Source of the DNA: Entomortierella parvispora E1425
Taxonomy: Eukaryota > Fungi > Mortierellomycota
DNA: 64,000 nucleotides
NCBI GenBank assembly: GCA_020891255.1
Contig: BQFW01000005.1
Span: 1,736,001 to 1,800,000, forward strand
Reading direction: 5' to 3'
The stretch's first letter is position 1; every line of letters begins with the position of its first letter. The notes below the pieces were generated by a model that worked only from the letters and a program-made list of their open reading frames with translations, ran no database searches and was not told the DNA's origin. The position numbers and the translations under genes are program-made. This document shows positions 63,452-64,000 of the stretch, piece by piece.

Positions 63452-64000
63452 ACGAGGCAGTGGAGATATATCACGTGCCCATTGTATATTGGTGGCGTTC
63501 GGTGATATTACAAAAAGTCGCGAGAGAGTGTTTACGGGATATCGGGTCCGCACGGACAACGGGGACGCGCACTTTTACGAAGGGAGAGGGTTTTGGTTCT
63601 AGTTCGGGAATGACCTTTATTTTTTGTTTTTTTTCTTGATCTGGCTTGCCATCCTGTCACTGTAAGATCCTCTCAGGCACTGCTTTCTTTTTATGATGAT
63701 CGACATCGAGATGAAACGGCTGACCATGCTGTGTTGTCAGCTCTCACAATCTTCGTCGTGCTTGAGCCAATACTAACAACCGATCGCGTAAATCCAGAAG
63801 TGGAGAGGTAGAGTCCTTGTGCTTTCTTACGTGCCGTACCCTTGCCTCTTCTACCTCCTATCGATTAGACGCGTACAATTGTAATAGGCCAAGGTGGGGA
63901 TTGATTAGGAAGTAGGACAGGCATAAAAAGAGTTATGAATGAGGTTTAATGAGTTGGAGAGATAGGGTATATGTAGGTATCTATGTGGCTATGGTGGCTA

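Noticed and set aside
1-64000. CRISPR arrays, rRNA, snRNA, additional tRNAs, selenoprotein (in-frame TGA) genes
   Set aside because: None seen by eye. Tandem repeats here are coding or microsatellite, and in-frame stops occur only in decayed elements. A covariance-model scan (Infernal, tRNAscan-SE) would be needed to exclude small ncRNAs.

Overview
Gene-dense eukaryotic DNA of roughly 50% GC with short GT-AG introns. It is fungal, and my inference from gene content and intron style is Mortierellaceae (Mucoromycota). Housekeeping genes, left to right: a membrane-anchored GH17 glucanase; a head-to-head pair of ribosome-biogenesis GTPases (GEP3/NOA1-like and EFL1/RIA1) around an (AC)38 tract; a GPI-anchored wall protein; tRNA-Leu(TAA); TAF1 with a bromodomain; an ENA-type P-type ATPase; mitochondrial L-threonine 3-dehydrogenase; an R2R3 Myb protein; MIA40; and an NRAMP transporter. 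Accessory content: (1) two stacked non-LTR retrotransposon 3' fragments head-to-head with the tRNA gene, plus a TSD-flanked copy of only the 3'UTR and poly(A) of the same element 48 kb away; (2) an intronless, leaderless beta-trefoil lectin; (3) a secreted precursor with two KR sites that would release three His/Lys/Pro-rich tandem-repeat peptides; (4) an 11-exon secreted protein of about 2,700 aa with about 32 Cys-rich modules, expanded by tandem exon+intron duplication and ending in an amphipathic helical domain; (5) an N-formylglutamate-amidohydrolase-like gene; (6) several decayed gene remnants. Exon boundaries were read by eye. Family assignments come from motif recognition, not database searches.
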